DNA of 64,000 nucleotides from an uncultured Candidatus Rokubacteria bacterium (GCA_963826115.1 CAWGVS010000005.1:512001-576000); one strand, 5' to 3'; numbered from the stretch's first letter, positions 28,743 through 38,742 are shown. The notes: generated by a model from the letters alone, not told the origin. Numbers and translations: made by a program.

Positions 28743-29534
28743 TCACCGCTCCGGGAGGTGGGTCGCCAGGAACGCGGTCCACGCGTCCCAGTAGACTGCC
28801 CCGCCCACCTCGTAGGCGTCGTTGTGATGAGCGCCCGGGATTGTCACGAGGGTCTTGGGCTCGCCCGCGGCGTCGAAGACCGCCCGTCCCATCCGGTTTG
28901 GCACCACCTCGTCGGCCTCCCCGTGGAGGACGAGGAGCGGCGCCGTCGACCGCGCGATCGCGGCAAGCGTGTCGTAGCGCGTGCGGAAGAGCCAGCCCGC
29001 GCCCGGCACGGTCAGGCTGGCCATCGCGGGCACGGAGGTGAACGGCGCCTCGAGGACGAGGCCCGCCGGCGGGTCCTCCACCGCCAGCGCGGTCGCCACC
29101 GCACTGCCCAGCGAGGCGCCGAGGTAGATCACCGGGCCTGCGTCGCGCTCGCGGAGCCAGTCCCGCATCGCGCGGGCATCGACGTACGTGCCCGCCTCGT
29201 CGGGCGCGCCCGCGCTCCGGCCGTATCCGCGGTAGTCGAAGATGAGGATCGACAGCCCGAGCCGGTTGTGGAACGCCTCGAGCTTCGGCAGCCGGTTGGA
29301 GATGTTTCCGGCGTTGCCGTGACAGTAGAGCAGCGTGCCCGCGCGGGTGCCCGGCAGGAGCCAGCCGTGGATCTCCACGCCGTCGGCCGTCGTGACCTCC
29401 ACGTCCTCGAACGCGAGCCCGAAGGCGGTCGGCGTCCCCTCGAGCGTGCGGGACGGGTGGTAGATGAGCCCGCGCTCGAGCGCCGTGCCGCAGCCCGAGA
29501 GGAGCGTGAGCGCCGAGGCGAGGAGGGTCGGCAC
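28743..29534 (-). CDS. Alpha/beta hydrolase (BEM46-like), possible lipoprotein
   Basis: LLSGC lipobox, HGNAGN, DYRGYG.S, GASLG nucleophile, HG.ADEVVP, HND. Confidence 0.88.
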   Translation of the reverse strand: MPTLLASALTLLSGCGTALERGLIYHPSRTLEGTPTAFGLAFEDVEVTTADGVEIHGWLLPGTRAGTLLYCHGNAGNISNRLPKLEAFHNRLGLSILIFDYRGYGRSAGAPDEAGTYVDARAMRDWLRERDAGPVIYLGASLGSAVATALAVEDPPAGLVLEAPFTSVPAMASLTVPGAGWLFRTRYDTLAAIARSTAPLLVLHGEADEVVPNRMGRAVFDAAGEPKTLVTIPGAHHNDAYEVGGAVYWDAWTAFLATHLPER

Positions 29535-29551
29535 GACGCGGCCGCCTCGCG

Positions 29552-29971
29552 TCAGGCGACCTCCGGGGCGGGATCCCGCGGCGCCAGGATGTGGGAGGCG
29601 TGATGGTGGACGAGTCGCCAGCCTGCGGCGTGCCGTTCGAAGACGTTCGTCGCGAGGATGGCGGTGATCGAAAGGCTCCCGCGCGTCTCGGAGAGGATGT
29701 TCTCCGTGCAGTGGACGAAGGCGAGGTCTCCGCGGGCTTCCACCCGCACGTCGGTGATCGTGAAGCGCATCTCGCTCGTGCTCTGGAAGATGGCCGCCCA
29801 GGAGCGGCGGACCTCCTCCCACCCGTGGAGGCGGTTCCACCCGGGATGCACGCACGCGACGTGCTCGCCGTGGGCCCACACCCGGTCCATCTCGGCGAGG
29901 TCCAGGCTCTCGAAGGCCCGGTAGAAGCGCTCGTTCGCGTTCCGGATGGCCGCCCCCGGATCGTCGGTCAC
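29552..29971 (-). CDS. SnoaL-like / NTF2 family protein
   Basis: ANERFYRAFE, CVHPGW, ATNVF, W.LVHHHAS. Confidence 0.88.
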   Translation of the reverse strand: MTDDPGAAIRNANERFYRAFESLDLAEMDRVWAHGEHVACVHPGWNRLHGWEEVRRSWAAIFQSTSEMRFTITDVRVEARGDLAFVHCTENILSETRGSLSITAILATNVFERHAAGWRLVHHHASHILAPRDPAPEVA

Positions 29972-29983
29972 GTGGGGCTCACG

Positions 29984-30355
29984 TCAGCCGTCGGCGTCGC
30001 CGGCGTCCTCCGGTCGCGCTCTCACGATCACCCGGTCGCCCTCGAGCCGGACCGCGAGCGCCCAGAGGGCCGCGCCGCCGCACGGGCCTCCGGCACAGCG
30101 TCCGCTGTCGGGCTCGAAGAGGGCGCCGTGCGTGGCGCACACGAGCAGCCGGCCGTCGTCGGTGAAGAACTCGTTCGGCCACCAGTCGAGCGGGGTGCCG
30201 GCGTGGGCGCACCGGTTGACGTAGGCGTGGTACCGGCCGTCGAAGTTCACGACGAAGCCCTCGACCTGCGAGCCGCGCCAGCTCAGCGGAAACTTCATCG
30301 AGGTCCCGGGCGGGAGATCCGCGGCAGGAGCCGACCACTCCTCGGGGCCGCTCAT
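29984..30355 (-). CDS. Rieske [2Fe-2S] ferredoxin
   Basis: NRCAH (CxH) and CATHGA.F (CxxH), C.GGPC. Confidence 0.9.
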   Translation of the reverse strand: MSGPEEWSAPAADLPPGTSMKFPLSWRGSQVEGFVVNFDGRYHAYVNRCAHAGTPLDWWPNEFFTDDGRLLVCATHGALFEPDSGRCAGGPCGGAALWALAVRLEGDRVIVRARPEDAGDADG

Positions 30356-30379
30356 GGCGCGTATGATACGATGAATCGC
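30356..30379. promoter_or_regulatory. Overlapping divergent -10 elements
   Basis: Minus TATCAT (30368-30363) 7 nt before ATG 30355; plus TGaTACGAT (-10 at 30367-30372) 7 nt before GTG 30380. Confidence 0.55.
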
Positions 30380-31327
30380 GTGACGACGACCGAGCCCGCG
30401 GTCGAAGTCCGCGATCTCCGCAAGACGTTTCGCACAGGATGGCCCCGGCCGCGGCTCCAGCCCGCGCTGCGTGGCGTCTCGTTCGTCGTCCCGCGCGGGG
30501 CGATCTTCGGCGTCCTCGGACCCAACGGCGCGGGCAAGACCACGCTGCTCTCGATCCTGGCGACGCTGCTGCTCCCGGACGGGGGCGCGGCGCGCGTGCT
30601 CGGGCTCGACGTGACGCGAGACGCACACCGTGTCCGCGAGCGCATCAACCTCTCCTCCGGGAGCGCGTCCTTCCTGTGGAGCCTCACGCCGCGCGAGATC
30701 CTCGACGTCGCGGCGCGGAGCTACGGGATCGCGGCGGCGGTCCGCCGCCCGCGGGTCGCGGCGCTGCTCGAGCAATTCGAGCTGTCGGCGCACGCCAGGG
30801 TGCCCTACAACGAGCTGTCGACGGGGCTCAAGCAACGCCTCGCCCTGGCCAAGGCGTTCGTCAACGATCCGGAGCTCCTGATCCTGGACGAGCCCACCGT
30901 GGGCCTGGACCCCGACATCGCGGCCCGCATCCGGGAGCAGATCGCGACGCTCCGGCGGTCCCGGCGCATGACGATCCTCCTGTCCACGCACTACATGCGA
31001 GAGGCGGAGCAGCTCTGCGACGAGGTCGTGTTCCTGCGCGAGGGCCAGATCCTCGCCGGCGGCGACCCCGGCACCCTGAAGCGCGAGGTGCTGCTCGGCG
31101 ACCGCGTCGAGCTCGCCCTGGAGGGGGATGCCTGGCGCGGTCTCGCCGGACTGCCCGGAGTGCTCGCCTGCACCACCCTGGACGGCCGCGTCCGGATCGT
31201 GGTGGACGACGCGCGGAAACGCCTCCCCGAGATCTTCCGCCACCTCCACGAGCGCGGGGCGCAAGTCAGCGACGTCGTGGTGACGGAGCCGACGCTCGAG
31301 TCGGTCTTCATCGAGCTCGCGCGATGA
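30371..31327 (+). CDS. ABC exporter ATP-binding protein (start may be GTG at 30380)
   Basis: GPNGAGKTT, LSTGLKQR, LILDEPT.GLDP, STHYM.EAE. Confidence 0.92.
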   Translation: MNRVTTTEPAVEVRDLRKTFRTGWPRPRLQPALRGVSFVVPRGAIFGVLGPNGAGKTTLLSILATLLLPDGGAARVLGLDVTRDAHRVRERINLSSGSASFLWSLTPREILDVAARSYGIAAAVRRPRVAALLEQFELSAHARVPYNELSTGLKQRLALAKAFVNDPELLILDEPTVGLDPDIAARIREQIATLRRSRRMTILLSTHYMREAEQLCDEVVFLREGQILAGGDPGTLKREVLLGDRVELALEGDAWRGLAGLPGVLACTTLDGRVRIVVDDARKRLPEIFRHLHERGAQVSDVVVTEPTLESVFIELAR

Positions 31328-32166
31328 GCGGCGCGCCCGCGTCGTCCGTCGCGCTTCCGGGGGTCGCTTCCAGCCCGCTCCGGCGGGAGATGGTCAAGGT
31401 CTCCGCCTTCTTCCTTCGCAACTGGCGGATGACCTACCGCAACGCGTTCACGCTCTTCGAGATCGTCTTCTGGCCGGTGGTGAGCCTCCTGTCGGTGGGG
31501 CTCCTCACCACCTTCCTCCAGGCCGAGCCAGGCACGGTGGTGTTCGTCCTCGTGGGGACGTTCGCGCTCTCCACGGTGCAGGTGTGCCAGCTCGACGTCG
31601 CGTACGCCGCCCTGTTCGACATGTGGGCCAAGTCGATCAAGCACCAGCTGGTGGCGCCGATCCGGCCCTGGCACCTCGTGCTCGGGTCGTGGCTGATGGG
31701 CCTGGTCCGCGGGACGGCGGTGTTCCTTCTCCAGGCGGTCGTGAGCCACTGGGCGTTCGGCGTGAACGTGCTGGCCCACGGGCCCGCGCCCGCAGTGGCG
31801 CTGCTCGCCGGGCTCCTCCTGTCCGCGGCCGGCGTCGGGCTCGTCGTGTCGACGCTCCTCATGCTCTTCGGCCTGCGGGCGGAGGTGTCGGCGTGGTCGG
31901 GCGTGAGCTTGGTGCTCCTGGTGTGCGGCGTCTACTATCCGGTCTCGATGCTGCCCGCCCCGCTCCAGGTGGTGGCGGCCGGCGTGCCGCTGACCCACGT
32001 CCTCGAGGCGTTCCGCGCGCACCTCGGGTACGCGCCGGTCTTCACGGCGCCGCTCCTCCGCGGCTACGCGCTCGCGGTCCTCTACGTGGTTGCCGGGTAC
32101 GCGTGCTTTGCATGGTCCATCCAGCGGGCGAGGCGGACCGGCATGCTGCTGAGGCTGTCGGACTGA
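31324..32166 (+). CDS. ABC-2 type exporter permease
   Basis: Six hydrophobic segments, GVYYPVSMLP, PLTH; ATGA overlap with the ATPase. Confidence 0.88.
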   Translation: MSGAPASSVALPGVASSPLRREMVKVSAFFLRNWRMTYRNAFTLFEIVFWPVVSLLSVGLLTTFLQAEPGTVVFVLVGTFALSTVQVCQLDVAYAALFDMWAKSIKHQLVAPIRPWHLVLGSWLMGLVRGTAVFLLQAVVSHWAFGVNVLAHGPAPAVALLAGLLLSAAGVGLVVSTLLMLFGLRAEVSAWSGVSLVLLVCGVYYPVSMLPAPLQVVAAGVPLTHVLEAFRAHLGYAPVFTAPLLRGYALAVLYVVAGYACFAWSIQRARRTGMLLRLSD

Positions 32167-32561
32167 TGCGGCGCCGGGCGGGAAGGGCACGGGCCGGCGC
32201 CTTCCTCGTGATGCTGCTCGTGTGGTCGACGTTCGGCCCGGCGAGGACCCTCTCCGGCGCGACCTTCGTCCGCTACTCGGGACACGTCATGGAGGTCGAT
32301 CTCAGCCGCGGGATCCTCGTCGTCGAGGAGCTCGGCCGGCGGGGCCAGGTGATCCGCCACGAGGTCCGTGTCGAGGCGGCCACGCCCTTGATCGCCGCGA
32401 GCCGCCAGCGGGGTCGGGGCACGGCGTTCGGCGAGTTGCCGGTGTCGCTGGTCGACGTCCTGGTCGGGGACTTCGTGGTCGTCGAGGGCGAGGTCGAGGA
32501 GGGCCAGGGCGAGACCCGCGCCCACCGGGTCACGATCGTGGAGACGCGCCGGCAGCCCTAG
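32166..32561 (+). CDS. Hypothetical exported beta-rich (OB-fold-like) protein
   Basis: Basic plus hydrophobic N-terminus; SGHV..VD...G.LVVEE ... L.DV.VGDFVVV ... RA.RVTIV. Confidence 0.6.
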   Translation: MRRRAGRARAGAFLVMLLVWSTFGPARTLSGATFVRYSGHVMEVDLSRGILVVEELGRRGQVIRHEVRVEAATPLIAASRQRGRGTAFGELPVSLVDVLVGDFVVVEGEVEEGQGETRAHRVTIVETRRQP

Positions 32562-34123
32562 AGCGACTCCACGAAGCCGCCGATCTCCTCGACCTGGAGC
32601 GCGGTGACGGCGATGGACGGCGCGTAGACGACCTCGTCTCCGCCCCACACCGTCGTGCCCTTGACCTCGCGGGTCACGCCTAGCACCCCCTCGAGCACGT
32701 TCGTGATGTTGTCGCTGATTCGCACGGCGTTGGCCTTGAGCGGGACGGCGATGCGACCGTCGCGGATCAGGTACGAGTCGCCGACGACCGTGCAGGTGAA
32801 GTCCCCGGCCTGGAGCCCGTTGATCGGATACGTGTACCAGATCCGCCCCACGTAGAGCCCGTCCCCGATCCGCCGGCAGAGCTCGTCGAGTGACACGCCG
32901 TCCTGCCCCTCGACGAAGACGTTGGTTGCCGCGACGCCGGGAGGCGAGGCGAAGCTCCGTCCGCCGCCGGCGGCGAAGCGGAACCCGTTCCGGGCCACGA
33001 GCCCGCCCGCCGCCGCGGCCGGGTCGACGCCGAGCTTCGCGCGCGCCTGCGGGTCGCGGAGGAGGCGCTGCGCCTCGTACCAGTTGGTGAGGAGCCCGGT
33101 GAGGACGCCGCCGGTGACGAGGTCCGTTCGGCCCGTCGGGAGCCCCTCGCAGGTGATCCCCTTCGAGCCCGTGAAGCCGGCGAGCGCGCCGTGGTCGTAG
33201 ATCGAGAGGGCCGGCGCGGCGATCCGCTGGCCGAATCGGCCGAGGAAGGGCGTGGTCGACGAGTAGAAGCTGGAGGAGTGGAGCCCCGGGAGAACCAGGT
33301 TGTTCAGGATGTCCGTGACGGGCTGGGGGCCGAGCACGACCCGATAGCGGCCCGAGGGGATCCGCTCCCCCCCGAGGGCGCGGATCGCGGCGTGCGCCGC
33401 TTCCACACCCGCCTCGTCGGTGAAGTCGTCGAGGCGCGAGCCCGTGGACCAGCCGGACCCTTTCGCGTCCATCGCCTCCACCATGCCGGTGGTCGCGGCG
33501 GTGATGATGGTCGACTCGTCGGTCTGGACGTCCGGGAGGTGCGTGGACGCGATGGCGACCCGCTCCTGCACGATCGTGACGTCGCCGCCCAGGAGGAGCC
33601 CGAGCCGCCGGAGGCCCGCCTCGCTGTCCGCGAGCTCGCCGAGACGGCTCGAGGCCGTGAACGTGCGCAGCGCGCCGGCGACGATCCGCCATCCGGCCGC
33701 CACGAGGTCGCCGTCGTCGAGGTCGAGGAGCCGCGGGTCGTGGTAGTTGGCAAGCGTCCGCCGCTCCGGCCCGGGGCGGGGCAGGGAGACGAAGGCCGGG
33801 TCGTGGACCGCGCCCTGCCGCGCCTTCGCGAGGGCGCGCTCGACGCCGGCGCGCGACAGATCCGAGGGCTCGGCGCCGAAGCCGAGGCGCGGGCCGTCGG
33901 GCCCGCGGAAGACGACCTGGAGCCCGATCCCGTGGGACGAGGTCGACTTGGGCTCCTCGACGCCGTTCGAGGGAAGGTGGGAGGCGTAGGCCAGCCGCGC
34001 CAGCAGCTGGCCGTTGGCGGCGACGAAGGCCTCGGCCTCGAGGACGTCGGGCGCCGCGTGGAGGAAGTCGAGCGCCTCGCGCGCGGCGCGCGCCAGGTCG
34101 CCCGTCGTCGGTCCCATGGTCAA
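32558..34123 (-). CDS. Second PmbA/TldE-like subunit (start TTG 34123 or ATG 34117)
   Basis: SGRY.VVLGP, G..IA...LSIYD, TCEGLP, ATNV, GDFTCT; no HExxxH; downstream of the second tldD. Confidence 0.82.
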   Translation of the reverse strand: MTMGPTTGDLARAAREALDFLHAAPDVLEAEAFVAANGQLLARLAYASHLPSNGVEEPKSTSSHGIGLQVVFRGPDGPRLGFGAEPSDLSRAGVERALAKARQGAVHDPAFVSLPRPGPERRTLANYHDPRLLDLDDGDLVAAGWRIVAGALRTFTASSRLGELADSEAGLRRLGLLLGGDVTIVQERVAIASTHLPDVQTDESTIITAATTGMVEAMDAKGSGWSTGSRLDDFTDEAGVEAAHAAIRALGGERIPSGRYRVVLGPQPVTDILNNLVLPGLHSSSFYSSTTPFLGRFGQRIAAPALSIYDHGALAGFTGSKGITCEGLPTGRTDLVTGGVLTGLLTNWYEAQRLLRDPQARAKLGVDPAAAAGGLVARNGFRFAAGGGRSFASPPGVAATNVFVEGQDGVSLDELCRRIGDGLYVGRIWYTYPINGLQAGDFTCTVVGDSYLIRDGRIAVPLKANAVRISDNITNVLEGVLGVTREVKGTTVWGGDEVVYAPSIAVTALQVEEIGGFVESL

Positions 34124-34253
34124 TCGTCCCCCGGGGGAGCGGCGCTGCGCCGACCGACGGCCTTCGGCCTGTGGCCCCGGACCCTCGCACCGCGTCGATC
34201 TCGAGCGGCCGGCGCTTGACGACGGTTGGCCTTGATCATGAGCGCGTCCGGCC

Positions 34254-35822
34254 TCAGCTGCCGCCGGTGAGGCGGGCGCGGCTGCGCATCGTCGGGGCGC
34301 CGTTGCCGAGCCGCTTCGTCTGCATGGGCTGGCCCTTGCCGCAGTTCGGGATCGGATAGAGGTGGAAGTCGGTGCCGACCGCGTCGACGTTCATCAGGTA
34401 ATCGCGCGTGTCGGCGGTGATCCCCCCGTCCCGGTAGAGTCGCCCGAGCTCGCCGTTCCGGATCTCGTAGACCCGACGCGCGGAGATCCGGAAGTTCTCG
34501 CGGCTCTCGGCGATCGACGGGATGCGGTGGGCGGCCAGGTAGTAGCCGTGCTCGACGTCCCGGAGGATCTGCCGGGGGTCGTCCGTCCCTGCCGCGAACA
34601 CCGTGTTCGACATCCGGATCAGGGGTACCAGCGACGCCTCGGCCGCCTTGTAGTGGCCGTTCGGCTCGCTGCCGAAGACGGCCGCGGTCTGCCGGCTGTT
34701 GAGGAACCCGCGGAAGACGCCCCGGTCGATGTGCACGACGCGTCGCGCCGGCGTGCCGTCGTGGTCGTAGGCGTAGTGGCCGTAGCCGGGCAGGGCGGGG
34801 TCGGAGTACGCGGACACGAGAGGGGACGCGATGGGCCGCCCGACCTGCGTCTCGTCGAGGCCGCCGAAGAGCCACGAGCGCCCGGCGTAGGCCATCTCCA
34901 TCTTGAGCGCCCGGTCGAGCTCCGCGGGGTGGCCGACGATCTCGTGAGCGACCAGCGTGTTGTAGTGGGGGTCGGTCACGACCACGACGTCGCGGTCGGT
35001 CGAGGGGAGCGGCGGGGCGGCCGCCAGCTCGATCGCCTCACGCCCGAGGTCGAGGGCGAACGTGCGGAAGTCGGGGAGCTCCATGAAGGGCTCCCGGATG
35101 CCGTCGGTCAGCACCTCCCACCCGCGCTGATGGCCGGTCACGTCGTAGAGCTCCTGGCTCGACTGCGCCGTGGTGCCGACGACGTAGGCCATGCCCTGCG
35201 TCAGCGCGAAGGCCTGGTCGATCAACGCGCCCTCCGTCGAGCAGAACAGCTCCCGCGCGAGCTCGGTGTGGGTGGCCACCTGGCTGTAGGTAAGGCGGGG
35301 ATCGAGCGCCCGGAGCTCGCGCCCGATCTCCGTCGCCATCCGGACCACGTCCTCGAGAGGCAGCGCCCGGGGATCGACGCGGTACGCGGCCGGAACGACC
35401 TCGCGCGCCACCCGCACCTGTGCGAGACGCGTGTCGGCGAGGGCCGCTCCGAGGGCCGGGAACTTCTCGCGGGTCTCGGCCTTGGCTTCCCCGCTGGCCG
35501 CGGCGCGGCGGTGCGCGCGGGCGATCGCGTCGCGCAGGATCTCGAGGAGGCGCGGCACGTCGGCCGCGCCCAGGGTGCGCCCGACGTAGCCCGCCCCGAC
35601 CATGCGACGGCCGGCCAGGACGCGCACCCCGAACGCGCACGCGTAGTCGTCGCCCGAGAACTTGGGCTCGCCGTTCTCGACGCTCGCCACCTTGGCCTCG
35701 GTCACCTCGAGCCGCACGTCGGCGTGGACCAGGTCGGGCAGCGTGCGGGCCCAGCCCGCGCAGAGGTCGGCCACCGCGTCCTTGACGCCGTCGATCAGGT
35801 CGGTGGTGATCCCGTGGGCCAT
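34254..35822 (-). CDS. tldD: Second TldD-family metalloprotease
   Basis: AHEIVGHPAELD zinc motif, YDHDG, IRMSNT, NCGKGQP. Confidence 0.88.
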   Translation of the reverse strand: MAHGITTDLIDGVKDAVADLCAGWARTLPDLVHADVRLEVTEAKVASVENGEPKFSGDDYACAFGVRVLAGRRMVGAGYVGRTLGAADVPRLLEILRDAIARAHRRAAASGEAKAETREKFPALGAALADTRLAQVRVAREVVPAAYRVDPRALPLEDVVRMATEIGRELRALDPRLTYSQVATHTELARELFCSTEGALIDQAFALTQGMAYVVGTTAQSSQELYDVTGHQRGWEVLTDGIREPFMELPDFRTFALDLGREAIELAAAPPLPSTDRDVVVVTDPHYNTLVAHEIVGHPAELDRALKMEMAYAGRSWLFGGLDETQVGRPIASPLVSAYSDPALPGYGHYAYDHDGTPARRVVHIDRGVFRGFLNSRQTAAVFGSEPNGHYKAAEASLVPLIRMSNTVFAAGTDDPRQILRDVEHGYYLAAHRIPSIAESRENFRISARRVYEIRNGELGRLYRDGGITADTRDYLMNVDAVGTDFHLYPIPNCGKGQPMQTKRLGNGAPTMRSRARLTGGS

Positions 35823-35827
35823 CGCGG

Positions 35828-37021
35828 TCAGAACGGCTCGACCAGGACGCGTTCGCCGACCATGACGTCGCCCCGGGTCTCCTCGAGAATGATGAGACAG
35901 TTGGCGGCGACCATCGAGGACAGGATGCCCGAGCCCTGCGGGCCCGTGGTCGAGACCTCGTAGCCCCGCTCCGTGAACCGGAGGATGCCGCGCTTGAACT
36001 CGCGGCGGCCCGTCTTCTTCCGCATCGCCTCGACGGTGGTCGCGGTCACGCACTCGGGATCGAGCCGGGCGCGGCCGCCGAGCTTCCAGAGGGCGGGCCG
36101 GACGAACAGGTGGAAGCAGAGGACCGAGGCGACGGGGTTGCCCGGGAGACCGAAGAAGAGGGTGCCGGCGACGCGCCCCGCCGCCAGCGGCCGGCCCGGC
36201 TGCATCGCCACCTGCCAGAAGTCGATGCGTCCGATGTCGCCCAGCACCTTCTTGACGAGGTCGTAGTCGCCAACCGAGACGCCGCCCGAGGTGAGGACCA
36301 CGTCCGCCGACTCCGCCGCGTGCAGGAGCCGCTCGCGGAGCCGCTCGCGCACGTCCGGCACGATCCCGAGGTCGAGGACGTCTGCGCCCGCCGCCTCGAC
36401 CATGCCGCCTAGCGAGAAGCGGTTCGCGTCGTAGATCTGGCCGGGGCGCCGCGCGCGGCCGGGCTCCACCACCTCGTCGCCGGTGGAGAGGAGGGCGACC
36501 CGCGGCCGCCGGTGGACGCGGATCTCCGGGAAGCCGAGCGACGCCACGAGGCCGAGGTCCTGCGGGCGGAGCACCGCGCCGGCCTCGAGCACGACCGTTC
36601 CGGCCCGAACGTCCTCGCCGCGGTCGCGCACGTTCGCGCCGCGATCCACCACGTCGACCTCGACCCACTCGCCCGCGCCTTCGGCGAGCTCCTGGGGCAC
36701 GACGGTGTCGGCTCCTCGCGGCATGGGCGCGCCCGTCATGATGCGGAGCGCCTCGCGCGGACCGATGCCGCCCTCGTATACGCCGCCGGCGGGGAGGTCC
36801 GCGACCACGCGCAGGCGCGCGCGGCCGCCGGGTGCGAGGTCCGCCGCCCGGACGGCGTAGCCGTCGACGGCGGAGTTGTCGGCGGGCGGGACGTCGAACG
36901 GCGCGGAGACGCTCTGCGACAGGATGCGCCCGAGCGCGCGCGCGACCGGGAGCGTCTCCTCCGGCGTCGCCCTTGCCACGTCGGCGAGGATGCGGACCCT
37001 GGCCTCCGCGACGGGAATCAT
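35828..37021 (-). CDS. moeA: Molybdopterin molybdotransferase MoeA
   Basis: NSAVDGYA, RIMTGAPMP, STGDE, SGGVSVGDYD, GLPGNP, QGSG. Confidence 0.95.
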   Translation of the reverse strand: MIPVAEARVRILADVARATPEETLPVARALGRILSQSVSAPFDVPPADNSAVDGYAVRAADLAPGGRARLRVVADLPAGGVYEGGIGPREALRIMTGAPMPRGADTVVPQELAEGAGEWVEVDVVDRGANVRDRGEDVRAGTVVLEAGAVLRPQDLGLVASLGFPEIRVHRRPRVALLSTGDEVVEPGRARRPGQIYDANRFSLGGMVEAAGADVLDLGIVPDVRERLRERLLHAAESADVVLTSGGVSVGDYDLVKKVLGDIGRIDFWQVAMQPGRPLAAGRVAGTLFFGLPGNPVASVLCFHLFVRPALWKLGGRARLDPECVTATTVEAMRKKTGRREFKRGILRFTERGYEVSTTGPQGSGILSSMVAANCLIILEETRGDVMVGERVLVEPF

Positions 37022-37034
37022 GGCGGCGCCCGCT

Positions 37035-37059
37035 ATTATACCGGGCGGTCTGCTATAGT
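37035..37059. promoter_or_regulatory. Divergent -10 boxes between moeA and the RDD gene
   Basis: Minus TATAAT (37040-37035); plus TGcTATAGT (-10 at 37054-37059). Confidence 0.55.
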
Positions 37060-37070
37060 GGCGGGCACCG

Positions 37071-37625
37071 ATGGACGACGCGCGCGAGTGGACCGCGACC
37101 GCGCCGCGAGCGGGCCCGGGCGCTCCCGCGGCGGTCCAGCCGGGCGACCCGTGGGGCGCGCCGGTGTGGGCCGCGGAGCCGCGCGTCGCCGTCACGCCCG
37201 ACCCGGCGATCGCCGTGCCCGGGGGAATCCTGCGGCGCGTCGCGGCGCTCGCGGTGGACCTGATCGTCGTGGCCATCCTGTGGACGATCGGGGCCCGCCT
37301 CGCGTCTGGGCTCATGAGCGCGGCGCCCCGTCTGGACCTGGTCGCCCAGGCCTTCGGGCGCACGTGGCAGCTGGTCGTGCCCGCCGCGTACTTCGTCCTC
37401 GGGCACGGGACCGCGGGACAGACGCTGGGCAAGCGCCTCTTCGGCGTCCGCGTGCTCGACGAGGAAGGCGCGCCGATCGGCTATCTCCGGGCCCTCGGGC
37501 GGTGCTTCGCCACCGTCGCGGCGGCGCTGCCGTTCCTGATCGGCCTCGCCATCGCGGCGTTCCGGGGCGATCGGCGCGGGCTCCACGACTTCCTGGCGGG
37601 GACCCGCGTGGTGCGCTCCCGGTGA
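37071..37625 (+). CDS. RDD family membrane protein
   Basis: RRVAALAVD, GQTLGKR, RRGLHD.LAGTRVV. Confidence 0.9.
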   Translation: MDDAREWTATAPRAGPGAPAAVQPGDPWGAPVWAAEPRVAVTPDPAIAVPGGILRRVAALAVDLIVVAILWTIGARLASGLMSAAPRLDLVAQAFGRTWQLVVPAAYFVLGHGTAGQTLGKRLFGVRVLDEEGAPIGYLRALGRCFATVAAALPFLIGLAIAAFRGDRRGLHDFLAGTRVVRSR

Positions 37626-37650
37626 TCCCGTCGGCGGAGGACTCGCGCCG

Positions 37651-38742
37651 GTGAGCGTCGACGTGCTCCGCGAGGCAGCGCGTCTGGTCGAGCGCGGCGA
37701 GATCGTGGGGCTGGCCACGCTGGTCGCGACGCGCGGCTCGACGCCTCAGAAGGTCGGGGCCCGGCTCATCGCCCGCGAGAACCGGCGGCTCGCGGGGACG
37801 CTCGGCGGCGGCGCCGTCGAGGCCGAGTCGATCGGTGAGGTGACGCGAGCTCTGGCGGGCGGCCCGCCCGGGGTCCGCGAGTACGCGCTGTCGAGCGGCA
37901 TCGACGACTGGGGCCTGGCGTGCGCCGGGACGATGATCGTGCTCGCGGAGCGGCTCGACCGGAGCGCGCTCGGATGGCTCGGGCGGGTGGTCGACGCGGC
38001 GGACGGCCAGGACGCCGTCGCGGTGGTCACGGCCCTCGACGGCGACGCGGCCGGTATGCGCCTCGTCGTGTCGGAGAGGGCGGCGGCCGGTGCCTTCGCG
38101 GACGCCGCGCTGACCGCGGCCGCCGTGGAGCTCGGCCGACGCGCGCTCGCCGAGGAGGCGTCGGAGCTTCTTGTGACGGGCGGCGGAAGGCTCTATGCCG
38201 AGCCGTTCGGTCCGCCGCCGTCGCTGGTCATCCTCGGGGCCGGGCACGTCGGGAAGGCCCTGGCGGGTCTCGCGCGCGCCCTCGGCGTCGCGGTCACGGT
38301 CGTCGACGACCGGCCGGAGTACGCGAGCCGCGAGCGGTTCCCGGAAGCCGACAAGGTCGTGGCGGCGCCGATCGCCGATGCGCTCGGCTGGCTTCCGATC
38401 GCTCCGGGCACGGCCATCGTGGTGGCGATGCGGAGCCATGATCTCGACTACGAGGCGACGGCCGCCGCGCTCCGGACGCCCGCGGGCTACGTCGGACTCC
38501 TGGGGGCGCGGCGGAAGGCCGTCATGTTCACGGAGCGCCTCGTGGCCGAGGGCATGCCGATCGAGCGGATCCGCGCGCTCCGGGCGCCGATCGGGCTCGA
38601 CATCGGAGCCCGCGCGCCCGCGGAGATCGCGGTCTCGATCCTGGCGGAATGGCTCATGGTGCGGCAGGGCGGCAGCGGGAGCCCGCTTCGCCTCGACGAC
38701 CAGCTCTTCGAGAAGGCCGCCGCGCGCGGCACGTCCACCTAG
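37651..38742 (+). CDS. xdhC: XdhC/CoxI family molybdoenzyme accessory protein
   Basis: RGSTP..GA, GTLGGGAVE, GLAC.G, GAGHVG, DDRPEYA, APIGLDIGA..PAEIAVSI. Confidence 0.88.
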   Translation: MSVDVLREAARLVERGEIVGLATLVATRGSTPQKVGARLIARENRRLAGTLGGGAVEAESIGEVTRALAGGPPGVREYALSSGIDDWGLACAGTMIVLAERLDRSALGWLGRVVDAADGQDAVAVVTALDGDAAGMRLVVSERAAAGAFADAALTAAAVELGRRALAEEASELLVTGGGRLYAEPFGPPPSLVILGAGHVGKALAGLARALGVAVTVVDDRPEYASRERFPEADKVVAAPIADALGWLPIAPGTAIVVAMRSHDLDYEATAAALRTPAGYVGLLGARRKAVMFTERLVAEGMPIERIRALRAPIGLDIGARAPAEIAVSILAEWLMVRQGGSGSPLRLDDQLFEKAAARGTST

